Assembly: GCF_009914755.1 (NCBI RefSeq)
Contig: NC_060928.1
DNA from: the human T2T-CHM13v2.0 reference genome, Homo sapiens
Length of the DNA: 64,000 nt
Reading direction: 5' to 3' (one strand)
Made by a program: the position numbers and the translations under genes. The notes under the pieces were generated by a model. The model was not told the origin of the DNA, made no database searches, and saw only the letters and a program-made list of their open reading frames with translations. Shown one piece after another: positions 1 to 16,419 of the stretch. Position 1 is the first letter of the stretch, and the number at the start of each line of letters is the position of its first letter.

Positions 1-705
1 TCCACATATAGACATAGACATGAGTAATAAAAGATAAACAGTCATTACTTAAGATTGATTCTTCTTAGATAGACAACTTTTTAAAGACAATTAAAGAAGA
101 GAGGACCAGTTGATAAGATTGGTCCTCTAGGAAAAAGTTGGAATATGCTGCATTAGACAAAAATATCTCAAACTTATGAGAATTACACAATTTAGTCTTC
201 ATGTTTTGTTCTTGGTTAATATGATAAAGAATGTATTATAATTTTTCTAATGTCTTGTGGATATCATGGAAAAGCTGTTATAATTGCCAAGAGTTTTCAG
301 CATAAATAAGGCATTTTCTGTTGCTAAATAAGTATTATGTGTTATTTAGTGAAGCAACATGGCATATGAAGTCACTTTTTAACTTTAAACAGTATATAAA
401 ATTTTGTAAAATTGCACCAATTCAGTATAGCATAAATGTGCCCTCACGACCACAGCAATTTTAAGATGCTTTCATTATTATGGTTATTGAGAAATTTTCT
501 TAAAACAAAAATAACAGCTGCAAAAATGGCAATAGCTTATGTTACGCCAGATATTCTGTAGATTTGTTTTTATAAAATTAGTGTTTATATGTATCTTTGC
601 TTTTTATAATGAAATGAATTGATCTGGCTTTTAATGAGAACAGAATCCCCTACACAAGAATTAACTAATCAAAAATATTTTCATTTATATTTTACTATAT
701 TGTTA

Positions 706-1080
<375 letters not shown>

Positions 1081-1636
1081 TTACTACAATTAAATTGGTG
1101 AATGCTTAAACCATATGACACACACACATAAACCAGGAATGTATGAAACAGGTTTGTTCAAAGCACCAGTGTAAAAAGGCAAAGATGGGATCATCTACCA
1201 GCACACTCCACTACACGATTAAATACAAATCATTTTAACAGAATTGGAGCATACTTAAAATACAGTTGAGACATTTGAAGCCATTCTTAAAAATAAAAAT
1301 ATAACTTTAAAACCAAGTGACTAAAGTAACTATAAAATAAATACTGATTATGAATTCAAGTTGTGAAAGAAAAATTAGAAATTAAAAAATTCAAATTCTC
1401 TTTAAAAAGAGAACATGAATTACTTATAGACAGTTTCTTTAATTTAGTTCATAGAAACTCACTAAGACATTTGCAGATACAACCATCTTACTAAAAACAT
1501 AATGATAGATTTTTAATGCAATCTGGCTTTTTAGAATTTATATATTTATTCCAAATTTAAAAAAACATTTTTTAAGAAGCACATATTTTTAAAATTCTAT
1601 CTCATAGTTACTACAACATACCGAAATTGGGTATAA

Positions 1637-1874
<238 letters not shown>

Positions 1875-3434
1875 ATAACACAAAATTTTAAGCCATATTC
1901 TCAAATATTTCCTACATCAAAATGTTATTTCAAAATATGTATGGACTAGAGAACAAAACAAATTCTCTCCTGATAATCACAGTATGCCGTTTTGTATCAT
2001 AAACATTAGCAGAATGTTCAAAATGGGTATGTAACAATTAATTTGTTACAATGTCAGAAACAAATTGCCACCATTTGTTAAAAGGAAAACTCTTCTGGAG
2101 TCCTGAAGTGCTGTCTAGAGAGCTTGAATTGTCTAAGGTACATTTGGAAATAGAGAGACAAATGGCCGTACTTCAAAGTAGATATGTCACTTCTGCAAGC
2201 AGTATCTTTTCTCAGGCATCAGAGACTTTAAAAAGCTAAAACGTATTTTTTAAATCAAAAGAATAATATTTTCCTTCTCTCTCCCTCCCTCTCTTTCATT
2301 AAAGCAGCTACTGGCATATGCTTTGCTCCCTAAGGCCAGGGAAATATTAGTTCAAAGTCCCTCATAAATCTTTTCAAATGTTATAGAAGAAACGTCGATT
2401 TTATTTGAACCAAGCATAAGCCTGTCATTTTGTTGCTTCTATTACAATCTGCCTGAGCACCCTGATAACAAAATACGGATGCACTGTTTTTTCTTACAGC
2501 AAATTCAGTCTTGACCAATTTATCCCATCGCCTAAATACTTAATGTCCTTTGCTTCTTTTGATCATATCTCATATGACTTTTAGACGGTAGAGGCTGAAA
2601 ATAAAGGTTTCCAGAGAGGTTAAAAGGACTATGAACATATGATAACAGAATATGCCTTTTAGCTGTTTTTGTATTCTGCTCACCACAGGACACATCCTTA
2701 AGAGGGCTCAGCCTACATATGAAAACCTGCACTTCACATAGATCTTTTTATTTCATGTTACTAATCCCCAGAATTTTATGAATACACACAAAGCTCATTT
2801 TCAATTCCTATCAGTCACCTCTGGTGACTGTGAAGTGAAAATAAGAATACTGCAAAATAGAAGAATGTCCATGGAATATCTGAAAAGGCAGAAATGCTAA
2901 ATAAAACATTAGATCTTTATTATTTCTAGAATATGCTCTACACTGAAGTACAGCACTCCTGTACTGTGGGCCACATGAGATTAATAACTAGTTCTCAAGA
3001 CTAAGGAATATGTTTCATGTAGCTTTATACGTCCTGCATTTCATACAGAGTTTGGCTCATGGACACAGCACTGAAGAACCCCAATGACTGATCTTCTACT
3101 TCTATTTTCTGATGTGTTTTTATTCCTTTGGTTATCTTTTGTACAAGAAGGATAAGTCAAGTTCACCCACTAAAATGTCTACCCTTCAGTTTCAACATGA
3201 TGTCCAGTCAAATTATATTGGAAAAATATATACTGAATTCACAGCAAGAGAACCAAAAGATGGATCTTGAACTGAAGAAACCTTAGAAATGTATTTCACA
3301 ATGTAAAGAAAGATAGTCATTTCTGCATTTGGCTGTAACTGGTCGCTGCTGAGGTGTGATGAAAAGACTATAGAGAAAGTAATATCAGAACTGTGCTGTT
3401 TCTGTTTCATGGGTATTTTTCCAACAACTAGTAG

Positions 3435-4012
<578 letters not shown>

Positions 4013-4443
4013 TTAATAGTTTAATGTTTTCCTCAAACCACTGGAAAGCCATGGGAGCTAATTCTTAAAGACACTTCTTACTACATAAATAACATTATTT
4101 GGAATTAAAATATAGAAGACAATAAATATTCTGTATTCTCGATGAAAAACTGTTGACACTTCATGTGGCTTCAATAGGTAGATAATAGGTATTCACAAGG
4201 TATATACATTTGATGGTGAGCAAATTTAGATAATTGAAAAGATTATTTTTACCCAACATCTGATAATATTCATATTAAGACTGAACTTGGAATTGAAAGT
4301 AATTGGAGTGAAAGACATTCACAGTGGTTTTAACTAATGACAGAGAAAAATGTATTCCAGTGATCTGTAGTAACTTTCACTATTTTCCTTTTGTTCTCAA
4401 GTGTGGCCAAGTTACATGCAATAATTTATAAAATTATATTATG

Positions 4444-5119
4444 CGCCAGGTGCAATGTCCCATGCCCATAATTCTAGAACTTTGAGAGGCTGAGGCAGGA
4501 GAATTGCTTGAGTCCAGGAGTTTGAGACCAGCCCGGGCAACAAAATAAGACCCCAATTTTACAAAAAGTACAAAAATTAGCCTGGTGCGGGGGTGTGCAC
4601 TTGTAGTCCCAGCTACTTAGGAAGTTGAGGCAGGAGGATCCCTTGAGCCCAGGTATATTTTAAAGACTGCATGAGCTGTGATCTCACCACTGCACTCCAG
4701 CTGGGTGATGAGAGAGTGGAAGTCGTCCAGTGACCCTCAAACAGACCACCGAAGAGAAAAACTCCTTATCTGAGGAATTTAGAAGGGAATAAAGACCCCC
4801 TGGTCACATCTGGTTCCAGCCTCTTTCAACTTTTATAAGTAATTAAAGTTTTTATGCATCTCTGGAATGCCATGCTGAAACTCATTTTGCAATCTTAAGC
4901 TCCCGCAGTAAGATCCATAAATACCCCTATGGAAAATCCACCACGGATCGCGGCTGCACCCTTTTGCAGCTTTCTTCCTTTCTAATAAACTTTCCTTTTT
5001 CACACCTATACTGGTGTCCATAATTTACTTTTACCAACCTGTGAGTGGACCTTTTTCCGGTGTGGGGTCTCTGACACCTCACCCGGCAGGTAACAGAGTG
5101 AGACCCTGCCTCAAAAAAC
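4444..5119 (+). mobile_element. AluJ split by an LTR (Alu parts 4444-4708 and 5089-5119)
   Basis: J-type ttgagcccagg/gagaccctgcctc; Alu breaks at ...ccagctgggtga and resumes ggtaacagagtgagaccc. Confidence 0.9.
4709..5088 (+). mobile_element. Solo ERV LTR, MER84-like (family from recall)
   Basis: TG...CA termini; 5 bp TSD ggtga/ggtaa; TATA-like cataaata at ~4917; AATAAA at 4984-4989. Confidence 0.8.
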
Positions 5120-5200
5120 ATTATGTTGTGCATGATGTACAATATGTATAATTTTCTTTTTACTATTAAAACCAGCAATATGTTTAAAAATTCTTTCTTT

Positions 5201-5485
5201 GACCAGCCGTGGTGGCTCATACAAGTAATCCCAGCCCTTTGGGAGGCTAAGGCGGGCGAATCGCTTGAGCCCAGGAGTTCGAGGCCTGTCTGGCCAACAT
5301 GGCAAAACTGTCTTTACAAAGAAATTAAAAAAAAAAAAATGAGCTGGGCATGGTGGTACACACCTGTAATCCCAGCAGCTCAGAAAGCTCAAGTGGGAAG
5401 ATTACTTGAGCCTGGGAGGTGGAGGCTGCAGTGAGCCATGATTGTGTCACTGCACTCCAGCCTGGGTGACAGAGACCCCGTCTAA
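5201..5485 (+). mobile_element. AluJ
   Basis: Diverged Alu dimer with J diagnostics (ttgagcccaggagttcgag, ggaggctgcagtgagccatg). Confidence 0.9.
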
Positions 5486-6357
5486 AGTATTGAGACAAAA
5501 GGTTTGTGGTAGCTCCAATGGTTTGCTCTCATAATGAGATTCTAAATATGGCCTACACTTACTAATTTTTAGTTACAAAAGCTATATATTTTTCTAATTT
5601 TATTTTTCTTTCACTTGACAAGTCACAAGACCTGGAGTAATTTGTAATTATGACTGAATGAGCAAAATCCAGAACACAAATGTGACAGAAACAAGCTTGA
5701 CCATCTCAGGACTAGGAAGCAAATGTCCCTGAGGGACTTGGATTCCATTTATCTTTGGTCCCAGAAAAAAGTTAAATAAAAGTGAACACCATTGTGTGTT
5801 AGGGTTTTCTCCCTATTTTCTCAGCATTATCCTGACTCCCATTTCAACCATTTATTTTATTTTTATTTTTATTTTTTTATTTGATTTTTAAACTCCTTAG
5901 ATGTAGTTGACTAATCAAGAGGATGCCAGTTTGAAAATTCAACAGATGCTGTAATACTAAAAGGCAGGCAAAAGGGTATTTCTGGGGGAGTTTGGCTAGA
6001 ATGCTATATTTTCACCAAAAAGTTCCAGAAATTGAACTCATAAACTTACTGTGTTTCAATTCTTTATTACCTAAATTAAGAAACAATATGGAATGGAATG
6101 TTCATCTTATAGCCTTGTTGCATTTGAAAATTAAGAGTAATAAGGGAAGGAGCTGGTCTTATCATTTATAAAGACATATTAAGTTATACTAAATATTGAA
6201 TCTTTTACCAGACAAATAAAAGATAAACTAATGGAACATTATCATCAGTTGATACATTAACCCCATAACTTTTAGGACTCTCATATTTTAAAAATTTTAT
6301 TAAAAATGTATAATATATTATACTTGTCATTTGTTAATGTTATTTGTTGTTTATTAC

Positions 6358-7075
<718 letters not shown>

Positions 7076-7199
7076 AAAAATGAACTGTGCATTATATATG
7101 TTATTTGTTAATGAATAATAAATATGCATGGCAATAAAACTGAGATAGCTTGAGAGTCAGATGAGAATAGAATCAGGCCTTGAGAGAAGAGTGCTTTTC

Positions 7200-7595
7200 T
7201 CTAAAACCCGCAGTAGCTTCTCATTTCCTTTGGAGTAAAGACAGAATCCCTACAACAGATTGCCAAGACCGTGCATGATGTTGTCCCTCATAACTGCTCC
7301 GACCTCACCTTCTACTTCACTCTCTCTCCCTCACTCTGCCACACTCTCCTCCTTGCTGTGTCACTAACACCCACTACACACTGGCCCTTGGGCATTCTCC
7401 CTGGCGAGGCCCTCTACTGCAAACATTCTTCCCTTACATATCTCCTGAACTAACCTCTTCATTTGCCTTCAAGATTTTGCTCAAATTGTATCCTGATTAC
7501 TCTACAAATTGCATCTTGCTCTACTCAGGTCCATAATGTAAACTCCGGATTCTCATTTACCTGCTCATACATAGTTGTTGCTCAATTAATATTTT
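7200..7595 (+). mobile_element. L2 3' fragment
   Basis: Pyrimidine-rich L2-like motifs (aaaaccc...gcttctcat, tgcatgat, gctcaattaatatt). Confidence 0.55.
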
Positions 7596-7722
7596 ATTTT
7601 AGTGATAAAATACATGTATAGTAATTAGAAGAGGATCTTGCACATAATAAGAGCTAAACAAATATAAGCTCTTATTATTAGGCCCAAAAGAATAGAGCTA
7701 TATTGTCTTTTAATGCATTATG

Positions 7723-8030
7723 TTTTGGGTTTTTGTTTTTTTTTTTTTGCAACAGAGTCTTGCTCTGTCACCCAGGCTGGAGTGCAGTGGCGCCATCATG
7801 GCTCACTGCAGCCTCCACCTCTTGGGCTCAAATGATCTTACCACTTCAGCCTCCCAAGTAGCTGGGAGTAGCAGGCATGCACCACCACACCTGGCTAAAT
7901 TTTTAATTTTTTGTAGAGATGAGGTCTCACAATATTGCCCAGCCTGGTCTAGAACTCCTGCCTCAAGAGATCCTCCCATCTCAGCCACCCAAAGTGCTGA
8001 GATTACAGATGTGAGCCACCACACCTAATC
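7723..8030 (-). mobile_element. AluJ
   Basis: Antisense Alu with atcatggctcactgcagcc and gggctcaa J diagnostics. Confidence 0.92.
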
Positions 8031-8432
8031 CCATTTTCTTATGCCAAATGAGGAGTGTTATATTAGTGTATATTTTTGTTTCCCATCACATTTTCATTCA
8101 AACGTAAATGATCAGCCTGTATTTCCAAAACAATAAAAACGGTATCAATGAGTACAGTATAAATAAAAGGTAAATCTGTCTTCTGTCTATCATATAGGAT
8201 AGTCCAATGTCTTGAATCAATATAGAAAAAATTTGTATGCTATTTTGCATTTTAATAATTTACATGAAATGAATGCTTTGCAGTTCATTGGAGTAGATGC
8301 AAACCATAAATCATAATTCAATTTGACAACATGAAAGATAAAAATAATTAACTTCTATAGCAAGATACTTCACAGACATATCAAATTTATTTTCATGTAT
8401 CATACAATGTTTTCCAAATACCCTGTTTCTTC

Positions 8433-8739
<307 letters not shown>

Positions 8740-9178
8740 TACCTTGTTTCTTTACTAATGCAACTAGAGTTCATTTGAATCATTTATTTATCTGAATCTA
8801 TAAAAAATTCTTCTGAAAGTCTCTTAGAAAAACTCCTAAGAATTGTGTTTCCTTTACCAAAAACTGTTGTCTCCATATTGTAGAAAATACATTCTGAATA
8901 AATTCTAATGAATATTTTTGTGTTTATGTTTTTGACATTATTTCAAAAGCACATTATACATCTAAATAGCTAATCTTTCCTTAATGGAAACTATGCTGAA
9001 GCTTTATATTTTATAATCTTCACTCTATGTTGGTTATCTATATTCTAGGATTGATTAGAATTTTGTTCCCATTATGAAATTCCAAAGCATTATTAAAATT
9101 ATAATGCAGAGAAGCTAAAAGACACAAAAACTAAAATGCAAAAATGTTACTTTAACTTTTTATAAAAGGTTCATATCT

Positions 9179-9454
9179 TTAATCCCAGCATGTGGGGAGG
9201 CCGAGGCAGGAGGATCACTAGTGGTCAGGAGTTTGAGACTAGCCCAGCCAACATGGTGAAACCCCGTCTCTACTAAAAATACAAAAATTAGCCCGGTGTG
9301 TTGATGTGCACCTGTAATTCCAGCTATTCAGGAGGCTGAGGCAGTGGAATCACTTGAACCCAGGAGATGGAGATTACGGTAAGCCAAGATCATGCCACTG
9401 CACTCCAGCCTGGGTGACAGAGTGAGACTCTGTCTCAATACATAAATAAATAAA
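9179..9454 (+). mobile_element. AluS, lacking first ~22 nt
   Basis: Starts at taatcccagc; (TAAA)n tail. Confidence 0.9.
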
Positions 9455-10162
9455 ACTTAAAATTTTCTAGAAGAGAAAGATCTCCCATGACCTTCTAAAT
9501 TTTAATACCCCAAAAGAAAAAAATAGTCAAATTGAAAATGGTCAAATTGCAGAAATTCTATACTACATTTCACTGAAGGAAAGGAAAATAGCACTAATTG
9601 ACATTATGTCATCGGTATTACCAAAAGATAACATGTTTGAAATCTTTGAAACACACTTTCAAATAATTATTTATTTACAAAAATAGAAGCAGTACTAGGC
9701 TTCACAAAAGCAACCTAGTAGACTTGAAAACAAAGTTCTACTACGGCGGTTAGTTCACTCATATCAGAACGTGTACAGTGTAAAAGTTGAAGAATAGCAA
9801 ATACTCATCTAAAGTTGCAAATGGAAAAAAATACTAAATTTAATGGAGAATGCAACATAGGGAAAAACAAATTCATCTTGTCTGTATTCATTCAATATCC
9901 CTAACTTTTAGTCACAAATCTGTTAGTGAGATAAGAAATTGGACAATTTCTGGTCTTTTTAATTAAATACTTAATTTTCCAGAGTATTGAGTAGATCCAT
10001 GGGGAAAATGCTATACTAATGTGGTCTGATTTGCCATGGATTTGTGTCTCATAGTTAACTGATTAGAAAACTCATCACCTAAATACACTGCCTGAATGTT
10101 ACCAATTATCCATTCATTTATTCCACTAATGTAATTATACAATTATAAAAACTTACGGCGTG

Positions 10163-10465
10163 GGCTGGGCATGGTGGCTCACACCTGTAATCCCAGCACT
10201 TTGGGAGGCCTAGGTGGGTGGATCACCTGAGGTCAGGAGTTTGCGACCAGCCTGACCAACATGGTGAAACCCCATCTCTACTAAAAATACAAAAATCAGT
10301 TGGGCATGGTGGCGCATGCCTGTAGTCCCAGATGCTTGGGAGGCTGAGGCAGGAGAATTGCTGGAACCTGGGAGACCAATGTTACCGTGAGCCAAGATTG
10401 TGCCACTGCACTTCAGCCTGGGTGACAGAGCGAGACTCCGTTTCAAAAAAAAAAAAAAAAAAAAA
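10163..10465 (+). mobile_element. AluS (Sx/Sq-like)
   Basis: Full dimer, long poly(A), TSD aaaaacttac. Confidence 0.95.
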
Positions 10466-11151
10466 CTTACCGGTTTTTCTAGAAAATATCCTTAACAATT
10501 TCAGATCATCTCACTTCTTACATACTTCTGGTAACAATGGAGCAACTGTACACTCATTTGATTAGTATTCATCATCATAAGGTTATAATATTAAATTATA
10601 AGGAGGAACTTAGAAATATTAGAGAGAATGAAACATAAATATTTTGAACACATGCAAATGGTTTGTAGCCATTTTCCTGAAAGAATCAAAGAGAAACAAT
10701 GAAGTCTTTTCCCTTAAAAACACAAACTAAAAATGATCCATCACCAAATAAAATTTAAAAATTAAAAAAACTAAATTCAAAACAAAACAAAAAGACTTCA
10801 TCGAACATATCTTTGTCAGATGTTATTTTGAAAAGAACTTAGAACATCTGAAGCCGGAGTACATGATTTTGTTTTCCAACCTTTGTGTTTATTGTTTTTT
10901 TGACCTTGTATATTTACTTTCCCATCATGCCAGTTCCTTTTCTGTAGATAAAGATACAAATAATTATTTCAAGGACTATTAGAATATTCCTAGCTGTGGT
11001 GCAGAGGTCTCAGTACTGCTAAGTAATCATGTTTTCTCATATAATTGTTTCTATTTTTTCCATGCTCATAAAATTTCCTTTCAACTTCCCACCTATCCCT
11101 TGACTCTCAGATCACCTTCAGTTGCACTGTAACTTACTCTGAAACTTAGGC

Positions 11152-11633
11152 TGAAAGCTGTTGGTGCCCTCTCCCTGTTGCATTTCCCCTAGCCCTTCCC
11201 TAGTTATCTGACAGTTTCCTTTCAATCTGTAGCCTTTGCATTTCTTTGTCTGAAGGTGTATTCAGCCTCACAAATACTTTTTCTGCTACTGAGGCAAGTG
11301 CAGGGAAATTAATGCCCATCTAAGAGCACCCCTCATCCAGTGACTCACAGGAGCTGAGTATAAATATCTGAGCTTCTCTCTTGGGGTGACAGAACTCTTA
11401 AGGTGTATAATCTACACTGGCTCTAAGTGGTTCCCCAGGTGGATGTGGTTCCAACTGCTCAAAGTGATACATGGCTTGTAATGTGTGCTTTACTGGTTTC
11501 CTTATTTCCCCAAATTGTATTAGCCATATTAATTTCCTACTCCCCTACTGATGTTTTCCTCATCTATCAGATCTAATACCAAAACTCAAATCTCTGTACC
11601 AGAACAGTTTCTGGGGGAATTCAACTTAAGATA
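11152..11633 (+). mobile_element. Solo ERVL LTR, LTR16C-like
   Basis: Begins agctgttggtgccct, internal gagtataaata, ends ttctgggggaattcaacttaagata, resembling the LTR16 terminus. Confidence 0.7.
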
Positions 11634-11743
11634 GTGACCACAAGTTCCAGTTTGCTAAAACAATCCTAGCTTCATTATTAATAGTGCCTATTTTCATTCT
11701 CCAAAGTGTTCCCGTTTCAGTGACAAATTACATGGTCATCCTA
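11634..11743. mobile_element. MER94-like hAT MITE
   Basis: gtgacca...tggtcatccta TIR remnants; internal ttattaatagtgcc...ctccaaagtgttccc. Confidence 0.65.
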
Positions 11744-11920
11744 CTCTAGGGATTATAGAAACCATCAGATTAGAATGCCCCTCTCTCCCCGGTGGCAAGT
11801 ACACAGATCTGCCAGGAAATGCACCTTGACCCATTCAGAGTCTCCTCTATGTTCCAAGTGAAAATCCCTTCACTATTGACAAGTGGGAAGATCTCCCTGT
11901 CTATTTAAAGTCAGTTTCTC

Positions 11921-12187
11921 ATGGATACAAAAAAATAGTTGGAAAAAATAAATAAGAACTAGTATTTGCTAGCACAAAAGGATGACTACAGTAAAAAATA
12001 ATTTCATTGTTCATTTAAAAATAACTAAAAGAGTATAAGTGGATTGTTTGGAACAAAAAGTATAAATACTTGAGGTGATGGATACCCTACTTACTTGATG
12101 TGATGGTTATCCATTGCATGCCTGCATCAAAATAGCTCATGTAAATAAATGTATACACTCACTATGTATCCAAACAAAATTAAAAAT
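11921..12187 (+). mobile_element. L1MA (MA1-3-like) 3' end, 5'-truncated
   Basis: ttgaggtgatggataccc...cattgcatgcctgcatcaaaat; TSD aaagtcagtttctc (11907-11920)/aaagtcaacttctc (12404-12417). Confidence 0.85.
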
Positions 12188-12403
12188 TAATATATAGTAT
12201 ATATTATCTATTATATTATTTATAATATATTATCTATTATATTATATTATATATTAATATATGTATTTAATAATTATTTATGTATTTAATGTATATATGT
12301 ATTTAATGTATTTAATAATTATATTATATATTAATATATGTATTTAAATAATATATATATTATTTAATATAAATTTAAATAATAAATTTATGTATATATA
12401 TAT
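12188..12403. repeat. AT-rich low-complexity tract derived from the L1 poly(A) tail
   Basis: Nearly all A/T with internally repeated blocks; lies inside the L1 TSD pair. Confidence 0.85.
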
Positions 12404-12417
12404 AAAGTCAACTTCTC

Positions 12418-13214
<797 letters not shown>

Positions 13215-13589
13215 GTTCTCGATCTCTTACCACACACAAACCATTCTCATGGTTTCCCATGTTCACCAAAGTACATGATTCAGTTCTCATCTAAACTGCC
13301 CACTAATGACCCCTCCATTTTTCTTGACACTGCTTTAACTTGGGTCAAAAGATCCATCAGTTTTCTGGTCTCTTGGCATCTCTTCCTCTACTCCTTTGCC
13401 TCCATCTTTTTCCACCAACCTCCTGGCAGTCTGTCGGACCATCCTTTTCTTGTCGACCATTCAAAGGGAACTTAGTGGGTCTGATTGCATCTCCATTGGC
13501 CCATTTCTATCAGAAGACGTTGAATATCAATTTGTTATTTCTCCAATTTATGCTTACTTGCTAATTATAAAAAGATACCACGGCACATC

Positions 13590-14030
13590 TTAGATTAGTT
13601 AGAATAAAGACAAACTCTCAGCTTGGATTTCAAAACTCTTTGTTCTGTGGCCCCTGCTTAGCTGGAGTTTCATCTCTCACTGCAGCCGATAGACTGGAAT
13701 CCTTGAGGTCCTCCCTGATGCACAGCCGGTCCGTGTACTGCAGCACCCCAGTGCCTGCAATGCGCTCCCAAACCACACCTCCGCCACACCTTCATTTTCA
13801 CTTACTGAAGTTCTACACTTCTGCAACAATTACTTCCTGAGACAACTTCCCCTGATCTTCCTGACAATGTCATTCCACCGAGAATCTGACCTCAATCATG
13901 TCTTTGATTCTTTAAGGAATGTCGCTCTCCACAAGGGTAAGGCGCAGCAGGTTTTTGCTCAGTGTCCTCTACACAGTGCCCAGCACAATATCTGGCACAG
14001 GCCAGGCTCTATAAATATTTGTGGCATGAA
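13590..14030 (+). mobile_element. L2 3' end
   Basis: Ends cagtgcccagcacaatatctggcacag...ataaatatttgtggcatgaa. Confidence 0.6.
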
Positions 14031-14136
14031 CAGTTAAAGCATCTGAAAAGCACTCTGTAGAAAATAAATTGTTCATTATTACAACTTAGTTTTATTCTCT
14101 AGGAAGCAGCCTGAATAACTTTTTTAAAAAGTTAGA

Positions 14137-14144
14137 TGACGTCA
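14137..14144. promoter_or_regulatory. Perfect CRE motif TGACGTCA
   Basis: Motif match only; function untested. Confidence 0.3.
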
Positions 14145-14302
14145 CTCCCTTTCTTAAAACACTTTGATAGCCCCTAAGTATACTCAGGGCGATAGCCTAG
14201 TCCTAGCAATATAAAGGCTTCACAGTTTCAACACTTGCTACCTCTCTGACCTTATCTTTGCTGAGCTCCAGCCCCGCTAGCCTTGCCGCTCCTCATGCAT
14301 GA

Positions 14303-14705
<403 letters not shown>

Positions 14706-15319
14706 CACTTCCTCACTTCTTTGTTCAAGCGTTATTGCTACAGTAGCACACATTTTTCTGACCTTATCCAAAACCCTCTGGTGTTCCCTATTCCTTGGTC
14801 TCTTTTTCTTCTATATTAATTATTGCCTTCTAGTATGCTAGTTAAATTCCAGAGCTGTATAACTTTTAAAAGATGAAAGACTTTTTTCTATGAGTATGTG
14901 TGTATATGGATGTATATATACATCATGTTTTTCATTAAATTTATCTATATAATCTGAAAAAGCATGGGATTTTGGAAGACTAATATTTGTTTCTGTAAGT
15001 GGTACAATTATATTAAACCAGGTAACAAAGATTTCATCTTATGTCTTTAAAAACGTACAAATAATGAGAATTCTTTGAGATGAAAATATCACCTTTCTAT
15101 AACTAACTCAAATACTTAATACCATAACTTAAGGCTACCTTGTAGTATGTGATACTAGAAAAGCTTATTGTAGCTTCTTATGATACTTCTTCATACATTG
15201 AAGGTTATCATCAAATTTTCATTTACCTCAGAGAAATATTATGATATAATGCTAAGATTTACATTTATATGGGGTTTAAATTTTGAGGAGATTTAACACC
15301 TATTAAGCCAATTATTAGG

Positions 15320-15435
15320 CAAGAATTTCTGTGTTATTAACTGTATTTCATAATCTGAGGAAACTGAGACATAGAATATTAATTTATTTGCCTAAGTCCA
15401 CACAAATTGCAGCAGCAGAGTTAAGCTATAAGCCA
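15320..15435 (-). mobile_element. MIR
   Basis: Core tgaggaaactgagacatag...ttgcctaagtccacaca. Confidence 0.7.
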
Positions 15436-15662
15436 CAACCACCGAGTGTGGGACCCAAGTTAGGGACAGACAATATAATAACGAGTGAAATGGACATGTT
15501 ACTTTCCTCATGAAGTTTTTAGCCCAGTAGTGAAATGTCTTTTTACTGTACAAAATCACTGTTTTTTTTAAAGACAGTCCTTGTGAAGATGCAAGACAAA
15601 TAAATAAATAAACTCTGAGAAATAAGCCTAAGCAGTTCAAACTATGGTTAAAAAATAAACTC

Positions 15663-15968
<306 letters not shown>

Positions 15969-16419
15969 AAACTAAACTCAATTGCCCTTTGTTGTTGCTG
16001 TTATTTTACCTATGTGAGGAGAAATGTCTCCTTATTGGAGGTTTGACTAACTTCATAACATTCTTCCACTTAAAAAAAAAAGTGTTTTTTTCCAAGTCAA
16101 CATGTGCTCTTTATTTTATGTACCTGAGATCTAACTCATTCATTCTATCTCTGAGAGACTATGAAAAGAATAAAACACAAAGATAGAGGAAAACAATCCT
16201 GTTTTCAAGCTTGATTGTGTGCCTGCGAGTAGTGGGCCCACAGCATAGGCACTTAGCCATGCTTTAAAAGCTAGCATTAATCATCTCTAAAATGGTCTTT
16301 TAACGATAATTTAACAATTAGTTTATTTAGAAAATTAAAATGCCATTATGAATTATCATCATATTTCTGGCATTCCTATTTAAACTTTTGTCCCAAACAT
16401 GGTAACTCCTACAGAGCAT

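Noticed and set aside
100-128. 9 bp stem hairpin (similar ones at 2812-2830 and 24117-24130)
   Set aside because: Several stems of this length are expected by chance in 64 kb.
3197-3286. Short + strand ORF MMSSQIILEKYILNSQQENQKMDLELKKP
   Set aside because: 29 codons, no recognisable family and no supporting gene structure.
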